A stretch of DNA of 64,000 bases from Thermodesulfobacteriota bacterium (lineage in GTDB: Bacteria > Desulfobacterota_D > UBA1144 > Nemesobacterales > UBA2774): NCBI GenBank assembly GCA_963422265.1, contig OY729416.1, positions 448,001 through 512,000 on the forward strand. The letters run 5' to 3'. The translations under genes were made by a program, and so were the position numbers. Position 1 is the first letter of the stretch. Each line of letters starts with the position of its first letter. The notes below the pieces were generated by a model, which did no database searches, was not told where the DNA came from, and was given only the letters and a program-made list of their open reading frames with translations. Positions 39,616 to 51,255 of this stretch are shown here, piece after piece.

Positions 39616-40440
39616 TCAGCTTGCAGGGTGTTGTGTTCTCCTGTGATCCCCTCCCTTAAGATATAAAAATTCGCACATTTCGTAAAGCCTAGAAGCGATG
39701 CGCTCCCCTACCTTATTTTCTAAAATTTCATTCAACGTATCTGAGTCCTTTGCGATATCATAAGATACGCAATTGGTGGTAATTAAGGTTCTTTTAGAAG
39801 TGTTATAGCGCTTGGATATAAGCTGATCAAGCACGTTGAGCTCCCAGTCACTACTTTTGCCTCTCCCAAGCTCGTCCACAACCAAAACTTCTGTCTCTAC
39901 GAGAGGCATAATTACCTCATTTTCAGAAGCGCCTTCGGAGTAGGCTTGTTTAAGGTCTGAAAGTAGATGAGAAAAATCCTTAAATATGCACCGCACACCG
40001 CGATTAAGTGTGAGCTCAGAGATAGTTCCTATAGCAAGGTGAGTTTTGCCGAGACCTGGCAGTCCCATTAACAAAAATCCCCGCTTTGTAGGATATTTCT
40101 TAACGAACTCTTCCCTTGCGTATTTAAGCGCTGATTGCAGGTGGCTTGTCTTTTTAACGTCCAGAGCAGCGTCAATCTGTCGCACGTGCGCGTACTTAGC
40201 AGGAATCCCAGCGGCATTGTATAATCTAACGTTTCTCCTAATCAAGCCGCAATATGAGCAGGGCGACGCATAAGAGTAGCCTCTCTTATTACTAGCTACA
40301 ACAACTCCTGACCCGTTGCAATTTTTACAATCCCGCATGCAATTGCACAATTCTGCGACGGCGCGACTATCTTTGCCGTCAACAAGGAATCCGGCGCTAT
40401 AGCACTTCTCGCAGCCGGCTTTTTTTTGTCTTTTAGCCAT
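39616..40440 (-). CDS. DnaC/DnaI/IstB-like AAA+ ATPase with Cys-rich N-terminus
   Basis: Several CxxC/CxC motifs; GLPGLGKTHL, LVVDELG, TLITTN, GERIASRLYEMC. Confidence 0.85.
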   Translation of the reverse strand: MAKRQKKAGCEKCYSAGFLVDGKDSRAVAELCNCMRDCKNCNGSGVVVASNKRGYSYASPCSYCGLIRRNVRLYNAAGIPAKYAHVRQIDAALDVKKTSHLQSALKYAREEFVKKYPTKRGFLLMGLPGLGKTHLAIGTISELTLNRGVRCIFKDFSHLLSDLKQAYSEGASENEVIMPLVETEVLVVDELGRGKSSDWELNVLDQLISKRYNTSKRTLITTNCVSYDIAKDSDTLNEILENKVGERIASRLYEMCEFLYLKGGDHRRTQHPAS

Positions 40441-41157
40441 TTATAAAATCTGCTTAATCTCGTATTTATCTCGAATCAACTCGTCTCTAAAGGACTCTAG
40501 GCTTTCCCTATACGCGGTATCAGTCATATAACGCACTCTTTCTTTGATTTTATCCTCAGCATCCGAAGTAATTTGCTTTCTCTCAGACTTAGACAATAAA
40601 TCATAGAAATGGTTAAGGCATTCTTTTTCTATTCGCATAAGTATTTCCAAATCTTCATTATTACCCAGATCCAGAATTTTCGTTCTTAAACATTTATAAT
40701 AATCTTTTACTTCCCCTCTTTTTTCAAGCTCAATATAATTAGCGAGTTTCACCGTGGTATCTCCGATAATAGATGTATTAAAGGCCGATTGGGCGGAAGA
40801 TTTTCCTTTCGGCAGGCTCGAGTCATTACCCCAAAGCCTGGTTCCAGATGCCGCTTTTGCTTCTCCTTTATTGAATCTTCTCGCCGTTGAAGATATTTGC
40901 TCCTTTATACAAAGTTCTACATAGGAAGCACATTGTTTTATATTTCTAATTTTCTTTAATCTAGTTTCCCCCCCCCTATGCACACCGGTATTCTTGAAAG
41001 CTATGCTGATGCCTTTGAGCACAAGCTCCCTTGGAACGTTTCTTTCTTTCCACCCTGAAATCATCCTATAATCTATAGAAGATAGCATTAGACCTTCGCC
41101 TGCTAGAGAAAGAAAATAGCTCTCTACTTCTCTTAAGTAATTGGTATCTTCAGTCAT
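40441..41157 (-). CDS. Hypothetical protein with a possible DnaD-like N-terminal domain
   Basis: Y..EVE.YF....G...MLS..D...I..W....VP..LV.KGI..AF pattern; abuts the DnaC-like gene. Confidence 0.6.
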   Translation of the reverse strand: MTEDTNYLREVESYFLSLAGEGLMLSSIDYRMISGWKERNVPRELVLKGISIAFKNTGVHRGGETRLKKIRNIKQCASYVELCIKEQISSTARRFNKGEAKAASGTRLWGNDSSLPKGKSSAQSAFNTSIIGDTTVKLANYIELEKRGEVKDYYKCLRTKILDLGNNEDLEILMRIEKECLNHFYDLLSKSERKQITSDAEDKIKERVRYMTDTAYRESLESFRDELIRDKYEIKQIL

Positions 41158-41278
41158 ACAAACCTATTAAACCTACACTAGTTTAATTAAACTCTAAAGG
41201 CTCAGATAGACGCTTAATAGTTGGGCATGTCCTCTACCTCGTGGGAGGTGGGATTCTCTAACACCACTTCAAGTTTGC

Positions 41279-41307
41279 TTGACAGATATACTAAAACTAT
41301 TTACTAT
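41279..41307 (+). promoter_or_regulatory. Putative sigma70 promoter for the metK operon
   Basis: TTGACA-17 bp-TACTAT (TATAAT also present at 41305-41310). Confidence 0.65.
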
Positions 41308-41358
41308 AATTATTCCTATTAACCGCTTGGGTTTCAAATATAAGGATGTAAGTAAGTC

Positions 41359-43802
<2,444 letters not shown>

Positions 43803-43822
43803 TACTATAAATTCCTGACAAT

Positions 43823-44710
43823 ATGGATCAGTTTCTTGATTCTTTTCTTTCATACCTTGCCATAGAGAAAGGGCTTTCCAAAAATACCATTGAGTCTTAT
43901 GGAAGAGATTTAAGGAAATTTATTCGGTTTGTCAATAAAAGCGGCGACTCTTCCATAAAGGATGTTAAGTATAGCCAGATACTGGATTTCTTAGCCTTCT
44001 TGAAGGAAAATGGATTTAGCTCTACTACAATCGTCAGAAGCGTAGTATCTATAAAGCAGTTCTTTAAGTATCTTCAGTTTGATAAAGCGTTGGCTCAGGA
44101 TCCTACAAAGCATATCACCACCCCCAGAATGAAAAAGAGCATTCCCAAGATCATATCACTGGATGAGGTTGAAAAAATACTCTCAGCCCCTGATGAATCT
44201 ACGCCAGAGGGAATTAGGGACTCCGCCATGCTTGAGGTTTTATACGCTACGGGAGTAAGGGTATCTGAGCTTATAAACTTGAAACTTAATGATGTGAACT
44301 TTGAGCTTGGATTCGCGTTAGCTTATGGTAAGGGATCGAAAGAAAGAGTAATTCCTATGGGGGAGAAGGCGCTAAACAGATTAAAAAATTATATATGCGC
44401 TTCAAGGCCCCTCCTTCTAAAGGAGAGAGAATCTAAAGCGCTTTTTGTAACTAGACGTGGGGGAGGAATGACCAGACAGGGTTTTTGGAAGCTGATTAAG
44501 AGCTACTCCGCAAAATCAGGGTTAAGTAAGAAAATAAGTCCTCACATTATCAGACACTCTTTCGCTACGCACCTTCTTGAACGGGGTGCTGACCTTAGAG
44601 CAATACAGATAATGCTCGGGCACTCAGACATATCAACAACGCAGATTTATACACATGTAGAAACGGAGAGATTAAAGGAAGTTCACAAACAATATCACCC
44701 CAGATCATAG
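43823..44710 (+). CDS. xerD: Tyrosine recombinase XerD
   Basis: LYATGVRVSEL, GKGSKER, HIIRHSFATHLL, LGHSDISTTQIYT, HPR. Confidence 0.92.
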   Translation: MDQFLDSFLSYLAIEKGLSKNTIESYGRDLRKFIRFVNKSGDSSIKDVKYSQILDFLAFLKENGFSSTTIVRSVVSIKQFFKYLQFDKALAQDPTKHITTPRMKKSIPKIISLDEVEKILSAPDESTPEGIRDSAMLEVLYATGVRVSELINLKLNDVNFELGFALAYGKGSKERVIPMGEKALNRLKNYICASRPLLLKERESKALFVTRRGGGMTRQGFWKLIKSYSAKSGLSKKISPHIIRHSFATHLLERGADLRAIQIMLGHSDISTTQIYTHVETERLKEVHKQYHPRS

Positions 44711-44746
44711 TATTATTTTGGTTTCAACACGCACAACGCTTCTCAA

Positions 44747-45427
44747 ATGGACTTTTTCAAAAACATTGATCTAATCTTGATTCAAGCTCCGGTAATATTG
44801 TTTTCGCTAACCGTGCACGAGTACTTCCATGCCTATACGGCAAACAGGCTGGGTGACCCCACAGCTGAAGAGAGAGGCAGACTCACGCTAAATCCGATTG
44901 CCCATTTGGATATATTTGGTACTGTGCTTATGTTCTTCGTGGGATTCGGTTGGGCAAAGCCCGTCCCGATCAATCCCATGAACTTTAAGGAGCCTAAAAA
45001 AGGGACGCTCCTCGTCGCTATCGCAGGTCCGATCTCTAATCTGGCAACTGCTATTGTAGCGGGGCTTCTACTACAAACCCTCATTCCAGAGATTGTGAGC
45101 GGTAATCTAAGCCAAGAGGGAGTTTACGGTATAGTTACTATCATACTAATACTTATGCTTGTTTATGGGATAGTTCTCGCGGTATTTAACATGATTCCGG
45201 TGCCGCCACTTGACGGTTCCAGGGTTGTTTACGCCCTATTGCCTGACAGCCAAGCGCAAGTTTACGGAAGATTTGAGCCTTATGGTGTTATGTTTTTATT
45301 TGCCCTTTTTATCTTCGGTGGGGGAATTTTCAAGTATATGTTTTATCCTGTCTCGCTGCTCACGGAAATGCTTTCAGGTTACAGCTACGGAACCCTCTGG
45401 AGCATAGTAGAATTAATAATGAGATGA
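44747..45427 (+). CDS. Site-2 protease (M50) family protein
   Basis: HEYFH, AGPISN, FNMIPVPPLDG. Confidence 0.92.
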   Translation: MDFFKNIDLILIQAPVILFSLTVHEYFHAYTANRLGDPTAEERGRLTLNPIAHLDIFGTVLMFFVGFGWAKPVPINPMNFKEPKKGTLLVAIAGPISNLATAIVAGLLLQTLIPEIVSGNLSQEGVYGIVTIILILMLVYGIVLAVFNMIPVPPLDGSRVVYALLPDSQAQVYGRFEPYGVMFLFALFIFGGGIFKYMFYPVSLLTEMLSGYSYGTLWSIVELIMR

Positions 45428-46179
45428 GCAAGCCAACTCAACTGCTAGAATACTCACAAAAATCTGAGCCTTGCTTAATTAAAGTTCAACTATTTGAAGG
45501 TCCCCTCGACTTTTTACTCCACTTAATTAAAAAGAATGAAATTGACATAAACGATATACCCGTTGCTGCTATAACGGAGCAATACATTGATTACCTTGAG
45601 CTTATGAAAGAGATGAACTTGGAAATTGCAGGAGGGTATTTGGTTATCGCCGCCGACCTGAGTTTGATTAAATCAAAGATGCTTCTCCCCAAACCGATCA
45701 TTGAAGAAAATGAGATTGATCCGAGGTCGGATCTTGTAAAAAGATTGATCCAGTACCAGATATATAAAGACGCGGCGTCTGATTTGGTAAACCGTCATAT
45801 CCTTGGAAGAGACGTATTTAAGAGAGAAGCTGATGAGTCAGACCCTTTGATGGAAGAAGTCGAAATTGGACGCGTAGATCTGTGGGGGTTAATCGAAGCC
45901 TTCCGCGATTTTTATAAACGAAGGAGCTACGTTTGGGCTGAAGGGATTGTTTATGAAGCCGAGCATATAAAAATTGAAGATAAAATGCAGGAGGTGCTTG
46001 AAGAATTGGGAAGAAGACAAATACTTAGTCTTAAAGAATTTCTAATGGAATGCTCTTCTAAACTCGACCTCGTAATCACTTTTCTCTCTTTGCTTGAACT
46101 CATAAGAATGCAAACTATTCACATAGTTCAGCAGTTGCCTGACTCATCAATCCTCGTAAGATATTTAGGAGAAAGCTGA
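45424..46179 (+). CDS. scpA: Segregation and condensation protein A
   Basis: FEGPLDFLLHLI, IKSKMLLP, TFLSLLEL. Confidence 0.93.
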   Translation: MSKPTQLLEYSQKSEPCLIKVQLFEGPLDFLLHLIKKNEIDINDIPVAAITEQYIDYLELMKEMNLEIAGGYLVIAADLSLIKSKMLLPKPIIEENEIDPRSDLVKRLIQYQIYKDAASDLVNRHILGRDVFKREADESDPLMEEVEIGRVDLWGLIEAFRDFYKRRSYVWAEGIVYEAEHIKIEDKMQEVLEELGRRQILSLKEFLMECSSKLDLVITFLSLLELIRMQTIHIVQQLPDSSILVRYLGES

Positions 46180-46180
46180 T

Positions 46181-46747
46181 TTGAAACACTTTGACCTTAA
46201 AAAGGCGATAGAAAGTATTATTTTCATCTCTCGGCAGCCCGTAACCGTGGATAAGCTAGCGCAGGTTTTTCCTAACACTGAGAAGACAGATATAAGAAAC
46301 TGCCTAACAGAGCTTGTGAAGGAATGGGGGGACTTGGGAAGGGGCTTTCATCTAGCTCGGATCTCAGATGGTTATCAGTTCCGAACGTGCGCAGAGCAAA
46401 GCGAGCATATATCTAACTTTAACAAAAAAGTTAAAAGGTTTCGTTTGAGTAAGGCTGCTCTTGAGGTAATAGCCATCATTGCTTATAAGCAACCAATAAC
46501 TAGGTTGGAGGTTGAGAGCATACGCGGGGTTGATTCCTCGGGAATAATAAACGCCCTTTTAGAAAAGAGAATAATAGAGATTAAGGGAAGAAAGGAGGTA
46601 ATTGGCAAGCCGTTTATTTACGGTACGACAAAAGAATTTCTCGAAGTCTTTGGTCTCATTGGTCTGGGAGATCTCCCGACTTTGAAGGAAATAGAAGACA
46701 TTAGCAAAAACCTTGAGCCTCGAATCCCTACGGCTTATGAAGATTAG
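46181..46747 (+). CDS. scpB: Segregation and condensation protein B
   Basis: LSKAALEVIAIIAYKQPITR, IRGVDS, YGTTKEFL..FGL..L.DLP. Confidence 0.95.
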   Translation: MKHFDLKKAIESIIFISRQPVTVDKLAQVFPNTEKTDIRNCLTELVKEWGDLGRGFHLARISDGYQFRTCAEQSEHISNFNKKVKRFRLSKAALEVIAIIAYKQPITRLEVESIRGVDSSGIINALLEKRIIEIKGRKEVIGKPFIYGTTKEFLEVFGLIGLGDLPTLKEIEDISKNLEPRIPTAYED

Positions 46748-46899
46748 ATTCTTTGACTCTGCACAATTTGACTTTTGTTCACTTTTCTATCATGTTTTAT
46801 ATGGATTCACATCGTCCTATAAACTGTAGTATGAGGTTTGTAATCAAGCATATATCTTGCATCAAGTCAGGGGTTTTGTAAGCGGAGGGGGGGATTGAT

Positions 46900-47439
46900 A
46901 TGAGCCTTTCTTCTCAAATATCTGAAGTTAGTATTGTAATGGGTTCTCAGTCTGATTGGCAAACTATGAAAGCCACAACGGAGATTTTAGAATCTCTCGA
47001 GATAAGCTACGAGACTAAAATTGTTTCAGCCCATAGAACTCCTGACCGTCTTTATGAATACTCTAAGTCCGCCTGTGAACGCGGCATTAAAGTCATTATA
47101 GCAGGAGCTGGAGGGGCGGCTCATTTACCGGGGATGGTAGCTAGTATGACCGCGCTCCCAGTCCTCGGTGTGCCTATAGAAAGTAGATCTTTAAAAGGTT
47201 TGGATAGCCTGTTATCAATTGCACAAATGCCCGCGGGTGTTCCGGTTGGAACTTTGGCAATTGGCACTGCCGGGGCTAAGAATTCAGCGCTGCTTGCGGC
47301 GGCAATCCTCTCAATATCAGATGATAAACTACGCGATAGACTTGAGCAGTTTAGAAAGAAACAGACGGCTGGAATTGCCGTTAAACCTAGTAGAGACCCA
47401 ACCTCGTCAATTCTGAAAAAGATCTCGAAGCACGCTTAA
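46900..47439 (+). CDS. purE: N5-CAIR mutase
   Basis: [32 protein letters not shown]. Confidence 0.97.
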   Translation: MSLSSQISEVSIVMGSQSDWQTMKATTEILESLEISYETKIVSAHRTPDRLYEYSKSACERGIKVIIAGAGGAAHLPGMVASMTALPVLGVPIESRSLKGLDSLLSIAQMPAGVPVGTLAIGTAGAKNSALLAAAILSISDDKLRDRLEQFRKKQTAGIAVKPSRDPTSSILKKISKHA

Positions 47440-47443
47440 CTGC

Positions 47444-48514
47444 ATGAAGTCTCAGGTTAAAACGCTTGGTATATTAGGAGGCGGTCAGCTTGGACGTATG
47501 AGCACGCTTGCAGCGGCTAATCTTGGGATCAGGGTGCATATATACTGTCCGGACGAAGAAAGCCCCGCATCACAAGTAGCTGAAAAAACTTATGTTGGGA
47601 ACTATAGCGACAAGAAAAAACTCAGGGCTTTCGCCAACGGTGTTGACGTTGTTTCTTATGAGTTTGAAAACATACCCGTAGAAACGGTGCGTTTTATAGA
47701 AAACGTAAGACCTGTATTTCCAAATTGTAAACTCCTTGAGATTTCCCAGAACCGCATTACCGAGAAGAGATTCTTAAATAACGTCGGTATTTCTACAGCA
47801 CACTGGACACCCATCAGAAGTGCTGGAGAGTTAGCTGCCGCCGTCCGGAGTGCTGAGAAGCAAGATTTTATACTCAAGACTGCTCGGTTCGGGTACGACG
47901 GCAAGGGTCAGCTTGTTCATAAAGCCGGCAGCGATCCAAAAAAGAACTTTGAAAGACTAAATTCAAAAGAACTAATCCTTGAGGAAAAAGTCAATTTTTC
48001 ACGCGAAATATCGATTATCATCGCACGTGATAAGAACCGAAAATCGGCGCTTTACGGTCCGGTGCTGAACGAGCATAAAAACCACATACTTTCAAAGAGC
48101 ACAATACCTGCCCCGATTGAAGATGAAATTGCGGCTAAGGCACTCAGAGTTACGCGCAAGCTTGCGGAAGCGTTAGATTTAATCGGGGTGCTAGCGCTTG
48201 AAATGTTTGTAACCAAGGATGGGCGTATTCTTGCAAACGAAATTGCCCCTCGCACGCACAACTCTGGGCACTGGACTATTGACGCGTGTTATGTATCTCA
48301 GTTTGAGCAGCACGTGCGCACTGTATGTGGTCTTCCCGTTGGAAACCCCGCTCGGCATTCAAATGCGGTAATGATAAACTTCCTCGGGAGCGACGTTGAT
48401 AAGGTAAATAAATACTACAAAATGAAAGGCTCCTGTATACACTTATACGGCAAGTCTGAAATCAGAAAAGGGCGAAAGATGGGACACATTACTATTTTGA
48501 AGCCTATTAAGTAA
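47444..48514 (+). CDS. purK: N5-CAIR synthetase
   Basis: GILGGGQLGRM, GYDGKGQ, NEIAPRTHNSGH, HLYGK..R.GRKMGH. Confidence 0.96.
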   Translation: MKSQVKTLGILGGGQLGRMSTLAAANLGIRVHIYCPDEESPASQVAEKTYVGNYSDKKKLRAFANGVDVVSYEFENIPVETVRFIENVRPVFPNCKLLEISQNRITEKRFLNNVGISTAHWTPIRSAGELAAAVRSAEKQDFILKTARFGYDGKGQLVHKAGSDPKKNFERLNSKELILEEKVNFSREISIIIARDKNRKSALYGPVLNEHKNHILSKSTIPAPIEDEIAAKALRVTRKLAEALDLIGVLALEMFVTKDGRILANEIAPRTHNSGHWTIDACYVSQFEQHVRTVCGLPVGNPARHSNAVMINFLGSDVDKVNKYYKMKGSCIHLYGKSEIRKGRKMGHITILKPIK

Positions 48515-48654
48515 GGGGTCTCGTAACTTACTTACCCTACCCTTCTATATTTTTGCCTATCTGTGCTTGAATGTGTATATTCGGTACCAAAAGTGAATAA
48601 TGACTAGAAAAGCTATCCACCACCTACTATTCACGCTATACCAGTACTTAGATT

Positions 48655-51255
48655 ATGCGAAAACAGTCGCTTTTTGATTCATTAAAAGAGTCCTCTCTTA
48701 ATTGGCGTAAGGGTGGATATAGTTGTGATAATTATCCTCTGATTAGCGAAGTTCTCACCTACCAGATGGAGACGCAGGGGGATAATCCGAGCCTGAGGTT
48801 TCTGCGCGAGCCGCAGTTTCTCGCGCTTGAAGTGTATTGGTATGTTCGTCTCAAACTGAATACCCCTCGTATCATAGACCTTTACAAGCTCTACTACGGG
48901 GACGATAAGAGAAATTTTTTTGAGATTCTCGGCGTTCCCATATCTAGGGATGCGTTAGAATGGGCGACCATAGAGGCCGTTATCAAAAAAATCAAAAGCG
49001 ATCCCGATTTTGTCTCTGAAAAGAAAATTCAGGCATTGCACGAGGCGGCAATGTTGGACTATCCAAGTTACATCCTCGCCTTGGCAATGGGTGCCGGCAA
49101 AACCGTGCTAATCGGGACTATTATAGCCATAGAATTTGCCCTGTCTCTGCGCTACCCCAAGGGATACTTCATGAAAAACGCCCTGGTTTTCGCTCCCGGT
49201 ACGACGATCATAGAATCCTTGCGTGAACTCAGCAATATGCCTTATGAAAACATTCTACCACCCGATCTCTATCGAGATTTTCTTGCCAACCTGAAAATTG
49301 AGTACCCGAGCAAAGAGAAAGATATACAGGCACAAAGGGGGAGCATCTATAACCTAATAGTGACAAATACGGAGAAGATCAGCCTGCGCGCTAATAGGAG
49401 AAGAAATCAGCAACAGGAAGCATTTGAGCGTGAGGAACTGCGAGCCAACCTGAGGTTGCAAAAGATTACCAGCCTGCCCAATCTTGGTGTCTTTTCAGAT
49501 GAAGCTCATCACACTTACGGCAACACTTTCGACAAACTGAAACGGGTACGGCAAACAATAAATTATATCCACAAGGAAACGCCTATTGTAGCGGTGATCA
49601 ACATGACTGGGACGCCTTACTACAAAAAGCAAATCTTGAAAGAGGTAGTTGTCTGGTATGGGCTGGGAGATGGCATTAAAGATAATATACTTAAAGACCT
49701 AGTAGATGGGATTCATCAATATGATATTGGAGAACAATCAGAACAGGGTGTGTTCAGGGACATTATCAAGGAATTTTTTGCCCATTATGGCGATGTTTCA
49801 CTCCCTGATGGTTCACAAGCTAAGATTGCCTTTTATTTCAAGACGCAGGAACATCTGAATAATTCCCGTCTTTTGATTGAACAAGCAATGACAGAGATAG
49901 GAGAAAATGTAGCTCAGATATTAATCAATACGCAACAATCAAGCGCAACCGAGATTGGTGAGTTTAAGCGTCTTAACAACCCCAACAATCAAAAACGGGT
50001 TATTCTGCTGATTGGCAAGGGCGTGGAAGGATGGAACTGCCCGAGTCTATTTGCCTGCGCGCTCATCAAGAAGCAGACCACTAGCAATAACTATGTATTA
50101 CAGGCATCTACCCGATGCCTACGACAAGTGCCAGGAAATAGGCATTCAGCGAAGGTCTTTCTCGATTATAGCAATGCTAAGATTTTGGACAAGGAACTAC
50201 AAGATAACTTTGGCACCAGCCTTGACCGCCTTAGTGCCGGGACGAAGGATAAACAGACCATAACCTTGCGCATTATGAAAACGCAATTACCAAAGCTGGA
50301 AATTACGCGGACGGTTAGGCGTGCCGTGCGAACTGAAGCGGTGCATGGTGAAATCAAGCTGGAAAGGCCGCAACCACAGGAAAGTCCTGCAATACTGCGA
50401 AATATCTTGACGCTAGACTTCAGAGGCCCCAGAGAAATACTGATGCCCACGGGCGATACGAAAGAACTGCCTACTGGCGAACAAATGACAAACTGCCATA
50501 CTGCTGCTTGGAAAATCGCCACGAGATACCATCTCCCGGTCATGCCGATTTTGAGAAAACTCCGTTTCTTATATCCTGATGCCGAAATGCCGAATAACCA
50601 TTTATACGGACTGCACCGGCAGGTTGAAAAACAGCAGACAAACTACGAGACAGTTGAAGAAAAAATAACCGAAGTGATGGCGTTGATCAGACTTCAGGAT
50701 GAAAATGGGGAAGACGTCTTTGAAAAAAATGAGGACGACATTTATGTTCACCATTTGCGTTTGCTAAAGAGGACTTATGAAAGAATGGAACAGGATGGAT
50801 TGTTTGCTAATAGTAAAGACTATCAAGACAAGCATGATCTGAGCTTTCATTATACGCCCTATAGTTTTGATAGCGAACCGGAGCGTTCCTTCTTTCATCA
50901 AATTTTATCAAGCCTCAACACCAACCCCGACGACGTGGAGACGTTTCTATTTACAGGTGGATTAACCGATCCTAAGAAGACTGATTTTCATTTTGAATAT
51001 TTGGGTGAGGATAAACGGTATCATCGCTACTTCCCCGATTTTGTGATTGTGAAAAAGACAGGTGAGTTTTACATCGTCGAAGTCAAGGCTGAGAGAGATC
51101 TAAGGGATAAAACAGTGGAAGCGAAGAAAAAGGCGGTGGAAAGATTGCAAAAAATGCAGCCTGATAAGTTCAAGTATAGTGTTGTCTATGCATCTACGAC
51201 TTCTATAAACACAACAGAAATCAAGCCGGTTTTGGATTGGGCGAAAAACACATGA
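48655..51255 (+). CDS. res: Type III restriction enzyme Res subunit (SF2 helicase plus PD-(D/E)xK nuclease)
   Basis: AMGAGKT, DEAHH, MTGTP, EGWN, QASTRCLR; C-terminal YFPDFVI...EVK. Confidence 0.85.
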   Translation: MRKQSLFDSLKESSLNWRKGGYSCDNYPLISEVLTYQMETQGDNPSLRFLREPQFLALEVYWYVRLKLNTPRIIDLYKLYYGDDKRNFFEILGVPISRDALEWATIEAVIKKIKSDPDFVSEKKIQALHEAAMLDYPSYILALAMGAGKTVLIGTIIAIEFALSLRYPKGYFMKNALVFAPGTTIIESLRELSNMPYENILPPDLYRDFLANLKIEYPSKEKDIQAQRGSIYNLIVTNTEKISLRANRRRNQQQEAFEREELRANLRLQKITSLPNLGVFSDEAHHTYGNTFDKLKRVRQTINYIHKETPIVAVINMTGTPYYKKQILKEVVVWYGLGDGIKDNILKDLVDGIHQYDIGEQSEQGVFRDIIKEFFAHYGDVSLPDGSQAKIAFYFKTQEHLNNSRLLIEQAMTEIGENVAQILINTQQSSATEIGEFKRLNNPNNQKRVILLIGKGVEGWNCPSLFACALIKKQTTSNNYVLQASTRCLRQVPGNRHSAKVFLDYSNAKILDKELQDNFGTSLDRLSAGTKDKQTITLRIMKTQLPKLEITRTVRRAVRTEAVHGEIKLERPQPQESPAILRNILTLDFRGPREILMPTGDTKELPTGEQMTNCHTAAWKIATRYHLPVMPILRKLRFLYPDAEMPNNHLYGLHRQVEKQQTNYETVEEKITEVMALIRLQDENGEDVFEKNEDDIYVHHLRLLKRTYERMEQDGLFANSKDYQDKHDLSFHYTPYSFDSEPERSFFHQILSSLNTNPDDVETFLFTGGLTDPKKTDFHFEYLGEDKRYHRYFPDFVIVKKTGEFYIVEVKAERDLRDKTVEAKKKAVERLQKMQPDKFKYSVVYASTTSINTTEIKPVLDWAKNT

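Noticed and set aside
39616-40440. IS21 IstB helper
   Set aside because: No IstA DDE transposase or terminal inverted repeats; the Cys-rich N-terminus fits DnaC/DnaI-like proteins better
41225-41275. SAM riboswitch upstream of metK
   Set aside because: Only a simple hairpin, located upstream of the predicted promoter, with no SAM-I/II core motifs
43823-44710. Prophage or island integrase
   Set aside because: XerD-sized with XerD motifs, in the housekeeping xerD-S2P-scpAB context
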